Source: Bdellovibrionales bacterium
GTDB taxonomy: Bacteria; Bdellovibrionota; Bdellovibrionia; Bdellovibrionales; UBA1609
DNA length: 64,000 nt
Reading direction: 5' to 3'
NCBI GenBank assembly: GCA_965205365.1
Contig: CBDBGT010000011.1
Location: forward strand, 281,268-345,267
The notes under the pieces: model-generated
The model's database searches: none
Seen by the model: the letters and a program-made list of their open reading frames with translations, nothing else
Told to the model about the DNA's origin: nothing
Position numbers and translations under genes: made by a program
In this document: piece by piece, positions 39,480 to 50,343 of the stretch
Layout: every line of letters starts with the position of its first letter
Position numbering within the stretch: the first letter of the stretch is position 1

Positions 39480-41633
39480 TTATGAGTAAAAAGTTTTTTC
39501 TGATTGTGCCAATGTTATTAATGAGCTTGCTGGATTAAATCTTTTTCCATATTTAGATTCATAAATTTCAAGCTGTGAAACAATCTCTTTAAGGCCTATC
39601 TTATCTGCATACTTTAAAAGACCGCCTCTAAAGGGAGGAAAGCCTGCACCCATAATCATAGCTAAATCCACTTCATATGGCTTTTGAACAATCTTATCTT
39701 CTAATAAAGCACGACTTGCCTCATTCACCATTATAAATATTCCACGCCTAATGCACTCTTTTTCTGATAATGCATTTTTTTGGTTTTCTAAACCAAGTTC
39801 ACTATACACAGTTGAATCAAAACCTAATTGTTTTCCTTTACTATCATACTTATAAAACCCTAATTGGTTCTTTTTACCTAACCTCTTAGAACCCTCTAAT
39901 TTTTTAACTAAATTTGAAGTTTGTATTCTATCTGAAAATGCAGTTTTAAAAATCTTTAAAACCTTAACGCAAACATCTAAACCTACTTCGTCCATTAATC
40001 TGTATGGCCCCATGGGCATACCAAAAATATGAGTATACATTTTATCAACTTTTACAACATCCATTCCATCATCTAAAAGAAATAAAGCTTCAGCAAGCCA
40101 TGGAAGTAAAAGTCTATTCACTAAAAAACCTGGGCCATCATTAACAACAACAGGAAATTTACCCATATTTTTAGCCAATTTAAATACAGTCGCTACAACT
40201 TCATCACTTGTCTCTTTTCCTCTAATAATTTCAACAAGAGGCATTTTATCCACTGGATTAAAAAAATGCATTCCTACAAACTGCTTAGGATTAGGATGAG
40301 CTTTAGCCATTTCACTAACAGATAACGATGATGTGTTTGTTGCCATAATAGCATCCGGCTTTAAATTCTTTACTGTTTGAGAAATAACAGTTTTTTTAAT
40401 ATCCATATTTTCAACAATGGCCTCAATAACTAAATCTGTATTTGCAAACCCTGCAAAGTCCAAACCTCCACTTAAATGATTCATTTTATGGAGAAAATCA
40501 TACTTTGTTATACGTCTTCTTTTTACTTTCTTATTCCAAATGGTAGCAGCAGCTTTAAAACCCAGAGCCAAAGCTTGTAATGAAACGTCTTTCATCCTTA
40601 CAACAACACCTTTATCTGCAGCTAATTGAGCAATGCCTCCACCCATAGTGCCTGCACCTAAAACTGACATATGACTTATTTTTTTAGGTTGAACACTAGA
40701 CTCTAAAACTCCTGTGGCTTTTTTAATGTCTTCAGTCATAAAGAAAATATTTATAAGATTCTTACTAATATCAGTCATAGCAACTTTTAAAAAACCTTTT
40801 GCCTCTCTTTTTAATAATTTTTCTCTGTTTAAAGAACCATAAGTGTCCTTAATAACTGATAACGCCTCTAAAGGTGCTGGATAGTGACCTTTTGAAATTT
40901 TGATAATATTTTTTCTAGCACCTAAATAAATTAAATTTCTTAAAAAAGGTTTTTCCATAAGTCTCAAAACCCCTTTTCCTAAAAATTGCTTTCTTCTCTT
41001 TTTAGCCCCTTTTTTAATAATTTCTAAAGCAAAATCTTTAACCTTTTCCTCAAAAATCTCCATAGGGTAAACCTTATCAACTAGCCCTATGTTTTTTGCC
41101 TTAACAGCCGGAATCAATCTTCCTGTTAAAATAAGTTCTAAGGACTCTACCAATCCCACAACTCTTGGAAGCCTTATACAACCACCAAAACCTGGAATAA
41201 TCCCTAACTGAGTTTCGGGTAATCCTATTTTTGTGGATTTATCATTTGAAGCAATTCTATAATCACAAGCTAAAGCAAATTCACAACCCCCACCAGCACA
41301 AGCACCATTAATGGCAGCAATAGCCGGAATAACTAGATCTTCAAAACTATTCATTAAACCTTGTCCAGACTCAATAGCTTTTAAAAACTCATCTTCAGTA
41401 TTTATTCTTTTAATTTCATTAATATCAGCACCGGCTATATAAATTCTAGGCTTTCTAGAAATAATAACTAACGCTTTTATTCCTTTATTTCTTTTAACTT
41501 CTTCTAAAACCTCTTTAAACCTATTTAAAACAGGTTCAGAAAATTTATTTACCTTCTCCCCTTTTAAATCTAATTCCAACCATCCAATTTGCTTATCTAC
41601 TCTTAAAACTACACTTTCTTCCATATCTAACAT
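39480..41633 (-). CDS. fadJ: fatty-acid oxidation complex alpha subunit (enoyl-CoA hydratase / 3-hydroxyacyl-CoA dehydrogenase)
   Basis: 717 aa. N-terminal crotonase fold (AAINGACAGGGCEFALACD) and an NAD-binding motif VLGAGTMGGGIA. The thiolase-first gene order resembles fadIJ; the symbol is tentative. Confidence 0.85.
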   Translation of the reverse strand: MLDMEESVVLRVDKQIGWLELDLKGEKVNKFSEPVLNRFKEVLEEVKRNKGIKALVIISRKPRIYIAGADINEIKRINTEDEFLKAIESGQGLMNSFEDLVIPAIAAINGACAGGGCEFALACDYRIASNDKSTKIGLPETQLGIIPGFGGCIRLPRVVGLVESLELILTGRLIPAVKAKNIGLVDKVYPMEIFEEKVKDFALEIIKKGAKKRRKQFLGKGVLRLMEKPFLRNLIYLGARKNIIKISKGHYPAPLEALSVIKDTYGSLNREKLLKREAKGFLKVAMTDISKNLINIFFMTEDIKKATGVLESSVQPKKISHMSVLGAGTMGGGIAQLAADKGVVVRMKDVSLQALALGFKAAATIWNKKVKRRRITKYDFLHKMNHLSGGLDFAGFANTDLVIEAIVENMDIKKTVISQTVKNLKPDAIMATNTSSLSVSEMAKAHPNPKQFVGMHFFNPVDKMPLVEIIRGKETSDEVVATVFKLAKNMGKFPVVVNDGPGFLVNRLLLPWLAEALFLLDDGMDVVKVDKMYTHIFGMPMGPYRLMDEVGLDVCVKVLKIFKTAFSDRIQTSNLVKKLEGSKRLGKKNQLGFYKYDSKGKQLGFDSTVYSELGLENQKNALSEKECIRRGIFIMVNEASRALLEDKIVQKPYEVDLAMIMGAGFPPFRGGLLKYADKIGLKEIVSQLEIYESKYGKRFNPASSLITLAQSEKTFYS

Positions 41634-41686
41634 TTTTGACTCTTCTTTTTTTATTTGTTTAGTTAATTTTATAAGTTTTCTTTAAA

Positions 41687-43045
41687 TTAGTTTATTCGCT
41701 CAATAACCATAGCACCACCTTGACCACCACCAATACACAACGTAGCAAGGCCAAACTCAACATCTCGTCTCTGCATTTCTTTCATAAGTGTTATTATTAA
41801 ACGAGTCCCTGTTGTTCCCACTGGATGGCCCAAAGCTATGGCTCCACCATTTACATTTAAAATATCATCTTTAATTTCACCCACAGCCTCACTCAGATTT
41901 AATTTATCTTTTGCAAATTTCTTACTAGCAAAAGCTTTTTGACAAGCTAGAACCTGTGCAGCAAAAGCCTCATTAAGCTCAACTAAACCAATATCTTTCA
42001 TTAAAAGACCTGCTCTTTTTAAAGCTAGTGGTGTTGAGTACACAGGGCCTAGCCCCATGCGTTTTGGCTCTAAGCCTGCAAAACCATAACTCTTAATTTT
42101 TACAATTGGCTTATATCCTTCAGCCAAGGCTTTTTCTTTAGTCATCAAAAGCACCGCAGCAGCTCCATCTGTAAGAGGACAAGCGTTTGCAACAGTAACT
42201 GTCCCATTCACTCTGTCAAAAAAAGGTTTCATTTTCCTAAGATTTTCCAGTGACTGCCCTTTTCTTGGGCCAATATCCTTTGAAAGAATTTTATCAAAGT
42301 TCTTACCTGAAAATACTGGAGTGATTTCTTGTGCTAAAAGCCCACTTTCTTCAGCTGCCGTAGCCTTATCATGGCTATTTTTTGCAAAAATATCCTGAAC
42401 CTTTCTACTTAAACCAAATTCTTTTGCTAAAATTTCTGCCGTCTCTCCCATATTAATACCTTCAAAAGGATCTGTAAGACCTTCCATAATGGCAATACGA
42501 GGCTTAAATTTTGAAGGCTTTAGAGGTGATATTGTTGCAAGTTCTTTTATTTGGCTAATATTGGCGCTAAGAAGACTTAATAAACTCCTTATTTTAGTTA
42601 AAGGATTTTTTGCCTTTGATAAAGCTTGTAAACGCCTTACATGCTCATGGTTCCATAAAAGTGGGCTTTGAGACATGTTCTCTGTTCCCCCTGAAATAAC
42701 ACAGTCCACAGTTCCTGACATAATTTTATCATATCCAGTTGAAATACTTTCTAGTGCTGAAGCACAATTTCTATGCATAGTTGCTGCTGAGACTGATAAG
42801 GGTAACCCTGCACCCAAAGCAACAACTCTTGAAATATTAACAGCATCTGAAGGATTTCCTACATTTCCCATTAAAACTTCATCCACAAGTTTAACATTAA
42901 GACTAACTTTATTAATAAGCTCAGTTACTGCTATTCTGCCTAAATCACTTGCATGAATATCTTTTAATGCTGTTCCAGACTTTGCAAATGGTGTTCTCAC
43001 ACCTTCAACAATGACAACTTCTCTATTAGACATATTTAACCTCAT
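41687..43045 (-). CDS. fadI: 3-ketoacyl-CoA thiolase
   Basis: Thiolase motifs (NVNGGAIALGHP, catalytic Cys region RNCASAL). Its length is FadI-like. The start may instead be MSNREV at 43033. The symbol is tentative. Confidence 0.85.
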   Translation of the reverse strand: MRLNMSNREVVIVEGVRTPFAKSGTALKDIHASDLGRIAVTELINKVSLNVKLVDEVLMGNVGNPSDAVNISRVVALGAGLPLSVSAATMHRNCASALESISTGYDKIMSGTVDCVISGGTENMSQSPLLWNHEHVRRLQALSKAKNPLTKIRSLLSLLSANISQIKELATISPLKPSKFKPRIAIMEGLTDPFEGINMGETAEILAKEFGLSRKVQDIFAKNSHDKATAAEESGLLAQEITPVFSGKNFDKILSKDIGPRKGQSLENLRKMKPFFDRVNGTVTVANACPLTDGAAAVLLMTKEKALAEGYKPIVKIKSYGFAGLEPKRMGLGPVYSTPLALKRAGLLMKDIGLVELNEAFAAQVLACQKAFASKKFAKDKLNLSEAVGEIKDDILNVNGGAIALGHPVGTTGTRLIITLMKEMQRRDVEFGLATLCIGGGQGGAMVIERIN

Positions 43046-43069
43046 TTTATTTACTATTTTAAAGAAAAC

Positions 43070-43098
43070 ATCATCTACCTCACCTTTGTTTTTGTCAA
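43070..43098 (-). promoter_or_regulatory. candidate sigma70 promoter for the thiolase/fad operon
   Basis: On the minus strand: TTGACA (43098-43093), a 17-nt spacer, then GATGAT (43075-43070). This lies about 25-40 nt upstream of the start codon. Confidence 0.4.
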
Positions 43099-43226
43099 AA
43101 TGTGTTCACATTGACACATAAACTTTTGGGCTCGACACTTATTCTCAAAGAAACTAATTAAGTCTTATTAATTAAAAATCAAATAATGCATTATTTATAG
43201 ACTACACTACTTAAAAGGATTAAAAC

Positions 43227-45515
43227 ATGGATAAAATCGAACGTGACTCCTTAAAATATCATTCAAAAGAAACCCCTGGAAAAGTTGAAGTGATCTCTTC
43301 AAAAAATGTAGATACTGATTATGCTCTATCACTAGCTTACTCACCTGGTGTTGCAGGCCCTTGTAAAGAAATAGCAAAAGACCCTCTTAAAGTTTTTGAG
43401 TACACATCTCGTGGAAACTTAGTAGGCGTTATTACAAATGGGACTGCCATACTTGGCCTAGGTGATATTGGCCCATTGGCAGGAAAGCCTGTAATGGAAG
43501 GTAAAGGTGTTCTTTTTAAAAAGTTCGCAAACATAAACGTTTTTGATATTGAAATAAATACTAAAGATACAGAAATTTTCATTCAAACTGTTAAAGCTTT
43601 AGAACCAACTTTTGGTGGAATCAACCTTGAAGACATTGCTGCTCCTGAATGTTTTGAAATCGAGGAGCGCTTAAAAAAAGAAACCTCTATTCCTGTATTT
43701 CATGATGATCAACATGGTACTGCAATTATTTCAGCCGCTGCACTAATAAATGCATGTGAACTCACTCAACGAAAAATAAAGAATATTAAAATTGTTTTCA
43801 ATGGTGCTGGTGCGGCTGCAATGGCCTGTGCAAAACTCATCATCAATATGGGAGTAGATCCTAAAAACCTTATTATGTGTGACTCAAAAGGCGTTATAAG
43901 AAAAAAACGCAGTGATTTAAACAAGTATAAAATTCCTTTTGCTCAAGATACGGCTTTAAAAACCCTTAGTGAAGCTTTAAAGGGTGCTGATGTTTTTATT
44001 GGCGTAAGTGTTGGTGGATGTGTTACTGAAGACATGGTAAAGACTATGGCTCATAAACCTATTATTTTTGCCATGGCCAACCCTGAGCCTGAAATCCGAC
44101 CAGAGCTTGCATTAAAAGTCTGCCCAAATGCTATTATGGCAACAGGTAGAAGTGATTATCCAAACCAAGTTAACAATGTTTTAGGTTTTCCATACATCTT
44201 TAGAGGAGCTTTAGACGTTAAAGCCACTAACATTACTGAGAATATGAAACAAGCTGCTGCCCATGCCATTGCAGAACTTGCTAGAGAATCTGTCCCTGAT
44301 GAAGTTTCTCAAGCCTATGATGGTAAGGTCTTTCACTTTGGGCCTAATTATATTATTCCAAAACCTTTTGATCCTCGTGTACTATTAAGAGTTGCACCTG
44401 CTGTAGCTAAGGCTGCTATGAAAGACGGGGTTGCACAAAATCCTATTAAAAATATGAAAACCTATATTGAAGAACTTGAAAGCTTTTTAAGTGCTAAACA
44501 AAGTTTTATAAGACCAATTATAAATAGAGTGATTAAAACCAATAGAAAAACAAAAAATAAACCTAAAGTTGTTTTTCCTGAGGCTAGAAGCAGGAAAATT
44601 TTAAAAGCTTGCCAAATTATTATGGAAGAAGGCTTTTTACAACCTGTATTGATTGGATCTAAAGAAGATGTACTAAGAATGGCTGAAGAAAACGAACTAC
44701 CATTAATTAAAAACATTGAGGTTATCAATCCAAGAACTGCTAAGAACACTAAAACTCTTAAAAAAAACCTTCATACCCTTAGAGCAAGAAAAGGCCTTTT
44801 AGAATCTGAAGCTTCTCAGCTTATTGAAGACCCCTACTACTACGCCACCATGCTCTTACAAGAAGAGTTAGTTGATGGTTTAGTTTCAGGTGCTGCAACA
44901 GCATATTCTCAATCTATAAAATCAATTATTGAGATCATAGGACCTGAAAAAAATAAAGTTATCTCTGGTTTAAATATATTCCTAAGAAATGGAAAGTACT
45001 TATTCCTAACTGATACAACAGTAAACATTGATCCCACTGCTGAAACACTTGCACAAATTGCAATTGATGCTGCCAAAGTAGCAACTTCATACAAGCAAAC
45101 ACCTTCAATAGCTTTTTTATCCTATACAAACTACAAAGGCTACGGCAACTCTCCATCAAAAATGAAAAAAGCTGCTAACTTAGTTAAAACAATCTCGCCT
45201 TTATTAAATGTTGATGGAGAGATGCAGGCTGATACCGCAGTGAATAAAACTATTATTGATAGGCTCTTTTCTTTTACCAATTTAAAAGACGAGGCAAACT
45301 TACTGGTGTTTCCTAACCTTGATGCTGCAAATATTTCATATAAACTTTTACAACAGCTATCTAATGGTGAAATGATTGGTCCTATTCTAGTAGGTGCGAA
45401 TAAACCTGTTAATATTGTTCAAAGAACTGGTGGAGTAACTGATATTGTCAATGCTGCAGCTTTAGTAGCTTTAGAATATCAAGAAAGAAAAACTAGAACT
45501 GAGGCTCATAGTTAA
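43227..45515 (+). CDS. maeB: NADP-dependent malic enzyme (malic enzyme fused to a PTA-like domain)
   Basis: 762 aa. [26 protein letters not shown], plus a C-terminal phosphate acetyltransferase-like half. Confidence 0.95.
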   Translation: MDKIERDSLKYHSKETPGKVEVISSKNVDTDYALSLAYSPGVAGPCKEIAKDPLKVFEYTSRGNLVGVITNGTAILGLGDIGPLAGKPVMEGKGVLFKKFANINVFDIEINTKDTEIFIQTVKALEPTFGGINLEDIAAPECFEIEERLKKETSIPVFHDDQHGTAIISAAALINACELTQRKIKNIKIVFNGAGAAAMACAKLIINMGVDPKNLIMCDSKGVIRKKRSDLNKYKIPFAQDTALKTLSEALKGADVFIGVSVGGCVTEDMVKTMAHKPIIFAMANPEPEIRPELALKVCPNAIMATGRSDYPNQVNNVLGFPYIFRGALDVKATNITENMKQAAAHAIAELARESVPDEVSQAYDGKVFHFGPNYIIPKPFDPRVLLRVAPAVAKAAMKDGVAQNPIKNMKTYIEELESFLSAKQSFIRPIINRVIKTNRKTKNKPKVVFPEARSRKILKACQIIMEEGFLQPVLIGSKEDVLRMAEENELPLIKNIEVINPRTAKNTKTLKKNLHTLRARKGLLESEASQLIEDPYYYATMLLQEELVDGLVSGAATAYSQSIKSIIEIIGPEKNKVISGLNIFLRNGKYLFLTDTTVNIDPTAETLAQIAIDAAKVATSYKQTPSIAFLSYTNYKGYGNSPSKMKKAANLVKTISPLLNVDGEMQADTAVNKTIIDRLFSFTNLKDEANLLVFPNLDAANISYKLLQQLSNGEMIGPILVGANKPVNIVQRTGGVTDIVNAAALVALEYQERKTRTEAHS

Positions 45516-45654
45516 CAAATCAAATCAAGGTTTTACATTAAACAACGTTAAGGCCATTGCTGTTGGATTTGGAGATAAATCTAGTAGCAATAAAAGTATT
45601 AAAATTAATTTAACTGAACTTGAAGATCTTATTTACTCTCTTGGTTGGAGCCTT

Positions 45655-46782
45655 GTGGGCTCTACTTTTCAAAAAGTTAAGCAAATAAGGCCCCAAACTC
45701 TCTTAGGAACTGGAAAGGTTGAAGAATTAAAAACTCTTATTAAAAAAACTCAAGCAACAACTGTTGTCATTGACCATCAACTTACAGGAGTTCAGCTACG
45801 CAACCTTACTAACGAACTTAAAGTTATTGTGGCTGATAGAAGCCAGATTATTATAGATATTTTTGCAAAACGAGCTCAAACTAAAGAAGGAAAGCTTCAA
45901 GTCAAACTTGCAAGGCTTTTAGATGAACTGCCTAGAATAATTGGTGGTTGGCATGGGAGCTTATCACGACTTGGTGGTGGTATTGGAACAAGAGGTCCTG
46001 GAGAGTCTGCCTTAGAATCTGATAAAAGAACCATAAGAGAGTGCATCCGCACTGTAAAAAAAAAGCTTGAAAAAGTTAAAAAACACCGTAAACAAACTAG
46101 GAAAAATAGAGGCAGCACTTTAAAGCTTGCTTTAGTGGGTTATACAAATACTGGAAAATCTTCTCTTTTAAAAGCTTTGTCAGGCCAATCTACTTATGTA
46201 AAAGATCAACTCTTTGCAACCCTAGACCCTTTAACTAAAAAAGTTTTCATACAAAATATGGGTGAAATAGTTGTGACTGATACAGTGGGTTTTATTAATA
46301 AAATCCCTATACATTTAATCAACGCTTTTAAAGCAACCTTAGAAGAATCTAAAGACGCTGATATACTCTTACACATTATTGACTGTTCAGATCCCTACTA
46401 TGAAAAAAAAGCAACCTTTGTAAAAGAACTCATCTCTTCTCTTAACTGGGGAGATAAAAAAATACTAAACGTTTACAATAAAATTGATCTTTTAAACCCT
46501 AGAGAAAAACAAATATTTAAAAGGGAAAACCCTTTTGCTTTAATAAGCACTCACACCAATGAGGGAATCTTAAAATTAAAGCATAAAATTAAAGATCTAA
46601 GCACAAGCCAACAACTTCTTCAAGTTCAACTGTTTATTCCTAAAGCTAAATCAAACCTATTTAAAATCTTAAAAACCGTCTGTGAAATCAAAAAAATTGA
46701 GACTTCAAGTCTTGGTGTTGTTTTTTATGTTTCCATTGAAAAAAAATATTTAAAAGATTGGATGGATTACGTACAAAAATGA
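45655..46782 (+). CDS. hflX: GTPase HflX (first canonical start; the N-terminus probably extends upstream, see finding)
   Basis: DRSQIIIDIFAKRAQTKEGKLQVKLA, GIGTRGPGESALE, G1 motif GYTNTGKSSL, DTVGFI, NKID. Confidence 0.9.
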   Translation: MGSTFQKVKQIRPQTLLGTGKVEELKTLIKKTQATTVVIDHQLTGVQLRNLTNELKVIVADRSQIIIDIFAKRAQTKEGKLQVKLARLLDELPRIIGGWHGSLSRLGGGIGTRGPGESALESDKRTIRECIRTVKKKLEKVKKHRKQTRKNRGSTLKLALVGYTNTGKSSLLKALSGQSTYVKDQLFATLDPLTKKVFIQNMGEIVVTDTVGFINKIPIHLINAFKATLEESKDADILLHIIDCSDPYYEKKATFVKELISSLNWGDKKILNVYNKIDLLNPREKQIFKRENPFALISTHTNEGILKLKHKIKDLSTSQQLLQVQLFIPKAKSNLFKILKTVCEIKKIETSSLGVVFYVSIEKKYLKDWMDYVQK

Positions 46783-46909
46783 GCTATAAAATCAGTATTA
46801 AGATAAGCTCCTTTCCCACATCTTTAAAAAATTTATTTAAATGTAGTTTTAAGTTTCTTATTCTAATAGTAATTGCATTTATTCTTATACCTCTTAGCAA
46901 AAGGGTTTA

Positions 46910-48973
46910 TTAAGCTCCTAAAACTGTAATACTATCAATCTTCCAACCATCTTTATACACAGAACTATCCGAAGTGATTCTAAATCTTATTTGAAAAAAC
47001 TCACCTTGAGAAACAACATCTGAAATATTAATAAGTGGAAAAACTACACCATTGCTCTTACCATTATATTTGGCAACTTCAATCCAGTTTGTTCCATCTA
47101 AAGAAACCTCTACATACCCATAATCATATCCAATTTCTAATTCATACTCCATTTGCAGTTTTAAAAAAGTTTTCTCTTTAAGAACTTCTACAGGCTCAAC
47201 CATTGTTAAAGAAAAATCTGCATCTTTACCATACTCTTCTTCTGGAGAATCTGAAAACACAACTGATCCATTTTCTAATGTCTCTAAACCCCAAGTTCCA
47301 GTAACCACAACTCCCTCTAAAGAGTCAGTATTGTTTTCATGTAAAACTTCAACCTGAAGAGTTCTAAATTGAATAGATTCAGAAATTTCACTAGCATTTC
47401 CAACATCATCTAATGCTCTTACAGCAACATAACCCATAGAATTAATGTCTAAATTATCCAATACAAAACTCACTCTACCATCTTGAATAAAAACATCACT
47501 TAAAACTATTGCTGCTAAAGCCCAGTTTTCATGGGTAATAGGTTCATTTAAAACCCTTACTTCATACTCACTAGCCAAGCCTTTAAAGTCATCATCTCCA
47601 CTTATGTCAAAATTAATTTCAACTGAAGACACTTCATTTTCAACAACGGCTAAATCTTGAACTTTTCCTGGAGCTATTTCATCTTTTTGAAGGGAAAATA
47701 AAGCATTTGCTCTTTTACCAGAAACTAATTTAGAAGATAAATTATCCAAAGAATCGCCCGTATAAATAACTCTTTTTTTAATTCTATCCATGGACTCATT
47801 AGGAAATTTAGCTTTAATAAGAGCTACCAAACCTGTAATATGAGGAGCTGCCATGGAGGTTCCACTCATGATCTGATATCCACCACCTGGTTGAGTTGAA
47901 TAAATACTCATTCCTGGTGCTCCAACATCTACTGTCTTTTTCCCATAATTTGAAAACCCTGCCAGTTTATCCGATGAATCTGTTGCTGCTACAGAAATAA
48001 TATTCTCTAAATCATGATTTGCTGGAAAAAATGAATCTTCATCATTATTAGATGAAGAGTTTCCAGCTGCAGCAACAAATAAAATGCCATGATCTCTTGC
48101 TTCAGCAATAGCAGCCCTAATTGTTCTTGAAGAAGGCCCTCCTCCCCATGAGTTATTTGTAACATCAACACCAATTTTTGTTGAATACTCAATGGCCTCA
48201 GTAATAGCCTCTAATGTTGTACTACCAGCATCACTAAATATTTTAAGTCCTACTAATGAAACTCTCCAATTTATTCCAACAACACCTATACCATTATTCC
48301 CAACAGCCCCAATAGATCCTGCACAATGAGTTCCATGTCCATGCCCATCCATAGGATCATTGTCATTATTTATAAAATCCCAACCTCTATGATCATCAAT
48401 ATATCCATTTTTATCATCATCAATACCATTTGTTGTTTTTTCATTGCCATCAGCATCTAAACCTATTTCACCAACATTAGCCCAGTAATTGCCCTTTAAA
48501 TCCGGATGATTATAATCAACACCTGAGTCAATAACACCTACTAAAATATCCCTTGACCCTACGTTTGTTTCCCAAGCTTGGGGCATAGACATATTTTCCA
48601 TTCCATATAATTTAGAATATTCTTCATCGTTTGGAGTGGCTAATAATTTATATATTGAATTCTTCTCTACATATTCAACATTAGGGTTTCTTTTTAAATC
48701 CTTCATTACTTTTTTAAGATCAACTACAGTTAAAAATTTTAAAAGTTTTGCACCACTTGCTCTAAATTCTTTTTTCTCTTCAGCTTGGTATTTCATCATT
48801 GTGGTTTTAATGTTTGAGTTACGAAACTTAACAACTAACTCATGGGGAACAAAATCCTCAGTTTTTTTAATTTTTTGTTCCATGGAATTAACTTCAGCAA
48901 TATTTGTAAAAAATATTAAAATAAAAAATAAAGCTCTAGTCATACATCTCCCTGTTTTCTTTAAGGAAAACAT
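46910..48973 (-). CDS. secreted subtilisin-family (S8) serine protease with I9 propeptide and C-terminal accessory domains
   Basis: Signal peptide, I9-like propeptide and the catalytic triad contexts VGVIDSGVD, HGTHCAGSIGA and SGTSMAAPH. About 300 aa of C-terminal beta-rich domains. Confidence 0.9.
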   Translation of the reverse strand: MFSLKKTGRCMTRALFFILIFFTNIAEVNSMEQKIKKTEDFVPHELVVKFRNSNIKTTMMKYQAEEKKEFRASGAKLLKFLTVVDLKKVMKDLKRNPNVEYVEKNSIYKLLATPNDEEYSKLYGMENMSMPQAWETNVGSRDILVGVIDSGVDYNHPDLKGNYWANVGEIGLDADGNEKTTNGIDDDKNGYIDDHRGWDFINNDNDPMDGHGHGTHCAGSIGAVGNNGIGVVGINWRVSLVGLKIFSDAGSTTLEAITEAIEYSTKIGVDVTNNSWGGGPSSRTIRAAIAEARDHGILFVAAAGNSSSNNDEDSFFPANHDLENIISVAATDSSDKLAGFSNYGKKTVDVGAPGMSIYSTQPGGGYQIMSGTSMAAPHITGLVALIKAKFPNESMDRIKKRVIYTGDSLDNLSSKLVSGKRANALFSLQKDEIAPGKVQDLAVVENEVSSVEINFDISGDDDFKGLASEYEVRVLNEPITHENWALAAIVLSDVFIQDGRVSFVLDNLDINSMGYVAVRALDDVGNASEISESIQFRTLQVEVLHENNTDSLEGVVVTGTWGLETLENGSVVFSDSPEEEYGKDADFSLTMVEPVEVLKEKTFLKLQMEYELEIGYDYGYVEVSLDGTNWIEVAKYNGKSNGVVFPLINISDVVSQGEFFQIRFRITSDSSVYKDGWKIDSITVLGA

Positions 48974-49319
48974 TCTAGAAATAAAAATACAAATTAAAAC
49001 AAATATTCAAAGTAAGAACTCGACTTATATCTGAATCCACTTTAAGCCTTTAAAATTAAACTCTCACCTTTTTCTAACTAGTCTTTAGTAAAAGCAAAAC
49101 GTGATGACATCTTTTACTCTTTAAATCTAAAAAACTCCCCCTTTAACTAATAGACCTCTTTTGAAACTGACAGATGAAAAGCGACTAAAAATTTCATGCA
49201 CTGAGTGTTTCAAGGAGATGAAGTTTCATGAGATTAAAACACAAGCGTCTACGCTTTAATCTTATTTGTTCTATACAAAATTTTGAATTTCAGTTCGAGG
49301 GGTTATGAAAGAAGTCTAA

Positions 49320-50343
49320 TAACCCGAGTTCGAACTTTTTTCAGGACCTAAGTGCTGGATAAATAAAAGATCATCCCAGCCTTTTGTAAGATTTAGTTGT
49401 TTTTTACTGATCTGCAAAAAGGAGCCGGGAATGATCGAAGAAAATCAAATTATAGAAGTTTTTACTCTTGTTGACGACTTTATTTTAGGGTTAAACAAAG
49501 AACAGTCCAAACTCATACCCAGCAAAAGAAAGAGAGGTTTTCCATCTGCGTTATCTGAGTCTGAAGTCATCACCATCTGTTTATTATTCCAATTTTCCGG
49601 CTTCAGAAATTTTAAAGCTTTCTATACAGGTTATGTTCAAAAATTTCTAAAACCTTATTTCCCAAAACTCTTGTCCTACAATAGGTTTGTAGAACTTAAA
49701 AAATCTTCAGCACCTCAAATTCTTATTTTTTTACACTCACTTATGCAATCAAATATTTGCACAGGAATATCTGTTGTAGACTCCAGTCCCATTGTTGTTT
49801 GTAATAACAAAAGAATCGGTCGTCACAAAACCTTTAAAGGACTTGCAAAACGTGGGAAATCAACAATGGGCTGGTTCTTTGGTTTTAAAGTTCACATAGT
49901 AATTTCTCACAAAGGGGAGCTCTTAAGTTTTACCATAACCCCAGGAAATGTTCATGATACAAAGCCTGTAGAGGGTTTAGCTGAGAATATTTTTGGAAAA
50001 TTGTTTGGAGACAAAGGATATATATCCCAAAAGCTATTTGAAAAATTGATGAGTAAAGGGGTTCAAGTCATAACAAATCTTAAATCCAATATGAAAAATA
50101 AGTTTGTTCCTCTTTTTGATAAACTACTCCTGAGGAAAAGGTACATTGTTGAAACTGCTTTTGGGATTTTAAAGGAGGAATTTCATCTTGAACACTCAAG
50201 ACACCGAAGCCCAAAAAACTTTGTGGTAAATTTACTTTCGGCACTAACGGCGTACTGTTTGCGTCCAAGAAAACCCTCTATTAGACTTCAAGTACTTGAA
50301 GAAAGGCTGCTTCAGTAGGTTTAGAAAGTCCGAACTCGGGTTA
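49320..50343 (+). mobile_element. intact IS982-family insertion sequence (about 1.0 kb)
   Basis: Terminal inverted repeats are TAACCCGAGTTCGAACTTT (49320-49338) and AAAGTCCGAACTCGGGTTA (50325-50343), matching 18/19. No unambiguous target duplication. Confidence 0.85.
49431..50318 (+). CDS. IS982-family DDE transposase
   Basis: 295 aa. N-terminal IIEVFTLVDDF, VVDSSPI, GDKGYIS and a single-ORF organisation typical of IS982. Confidence 0.85.
   Translation: MIEENQIIEVFTLVDDFILGLNKEQSKLIPSKRKRGFPSALSESEVITICLLFQFSGFRNFKAFYTGYVQKFLKPYFPKLLSYNRFVELKKSSAPQILIFLHSLMQSNICTGISVVDSSPIVVCNNKRIGRHKTFKGLAKRGKSTMGWFFGFKVHIVISHKGELLSFTITPGNVHDTKPVEGLAENIFGKLFGDKGYISQKLFEKLMSKGVQVITNLKSNMKNKFVPLFDKLLLRKRYIVETAFGILKEEFHLEHSRHRSPKNFVVNLLSALTAYCLRPRKPSIRLQVLEERLLQ

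Noticed and set aside
46779-46913. 44-codon ORF (MSYKISIK...LILIVIAFILIPLSKRVY) starting in an ATGA overlap with the hflX stop and ending opposite the protease stop.
   Set aside because: Only the start/stop overlap and a hydrophobic tail support it. With no conservation data available, it cannot be distinguished from a chance ORF in AT-rich DNA.
49292-49336. AGTTCGAGGGGTTA, 14 bp outside the IS982 left end, partly mirrors the IS terminus (TAACCC...CGAACT). It could be a second degenerate IS end or a hairpin.
   Set aside because: Only two 6-bp blocks match. That is too weak to call.
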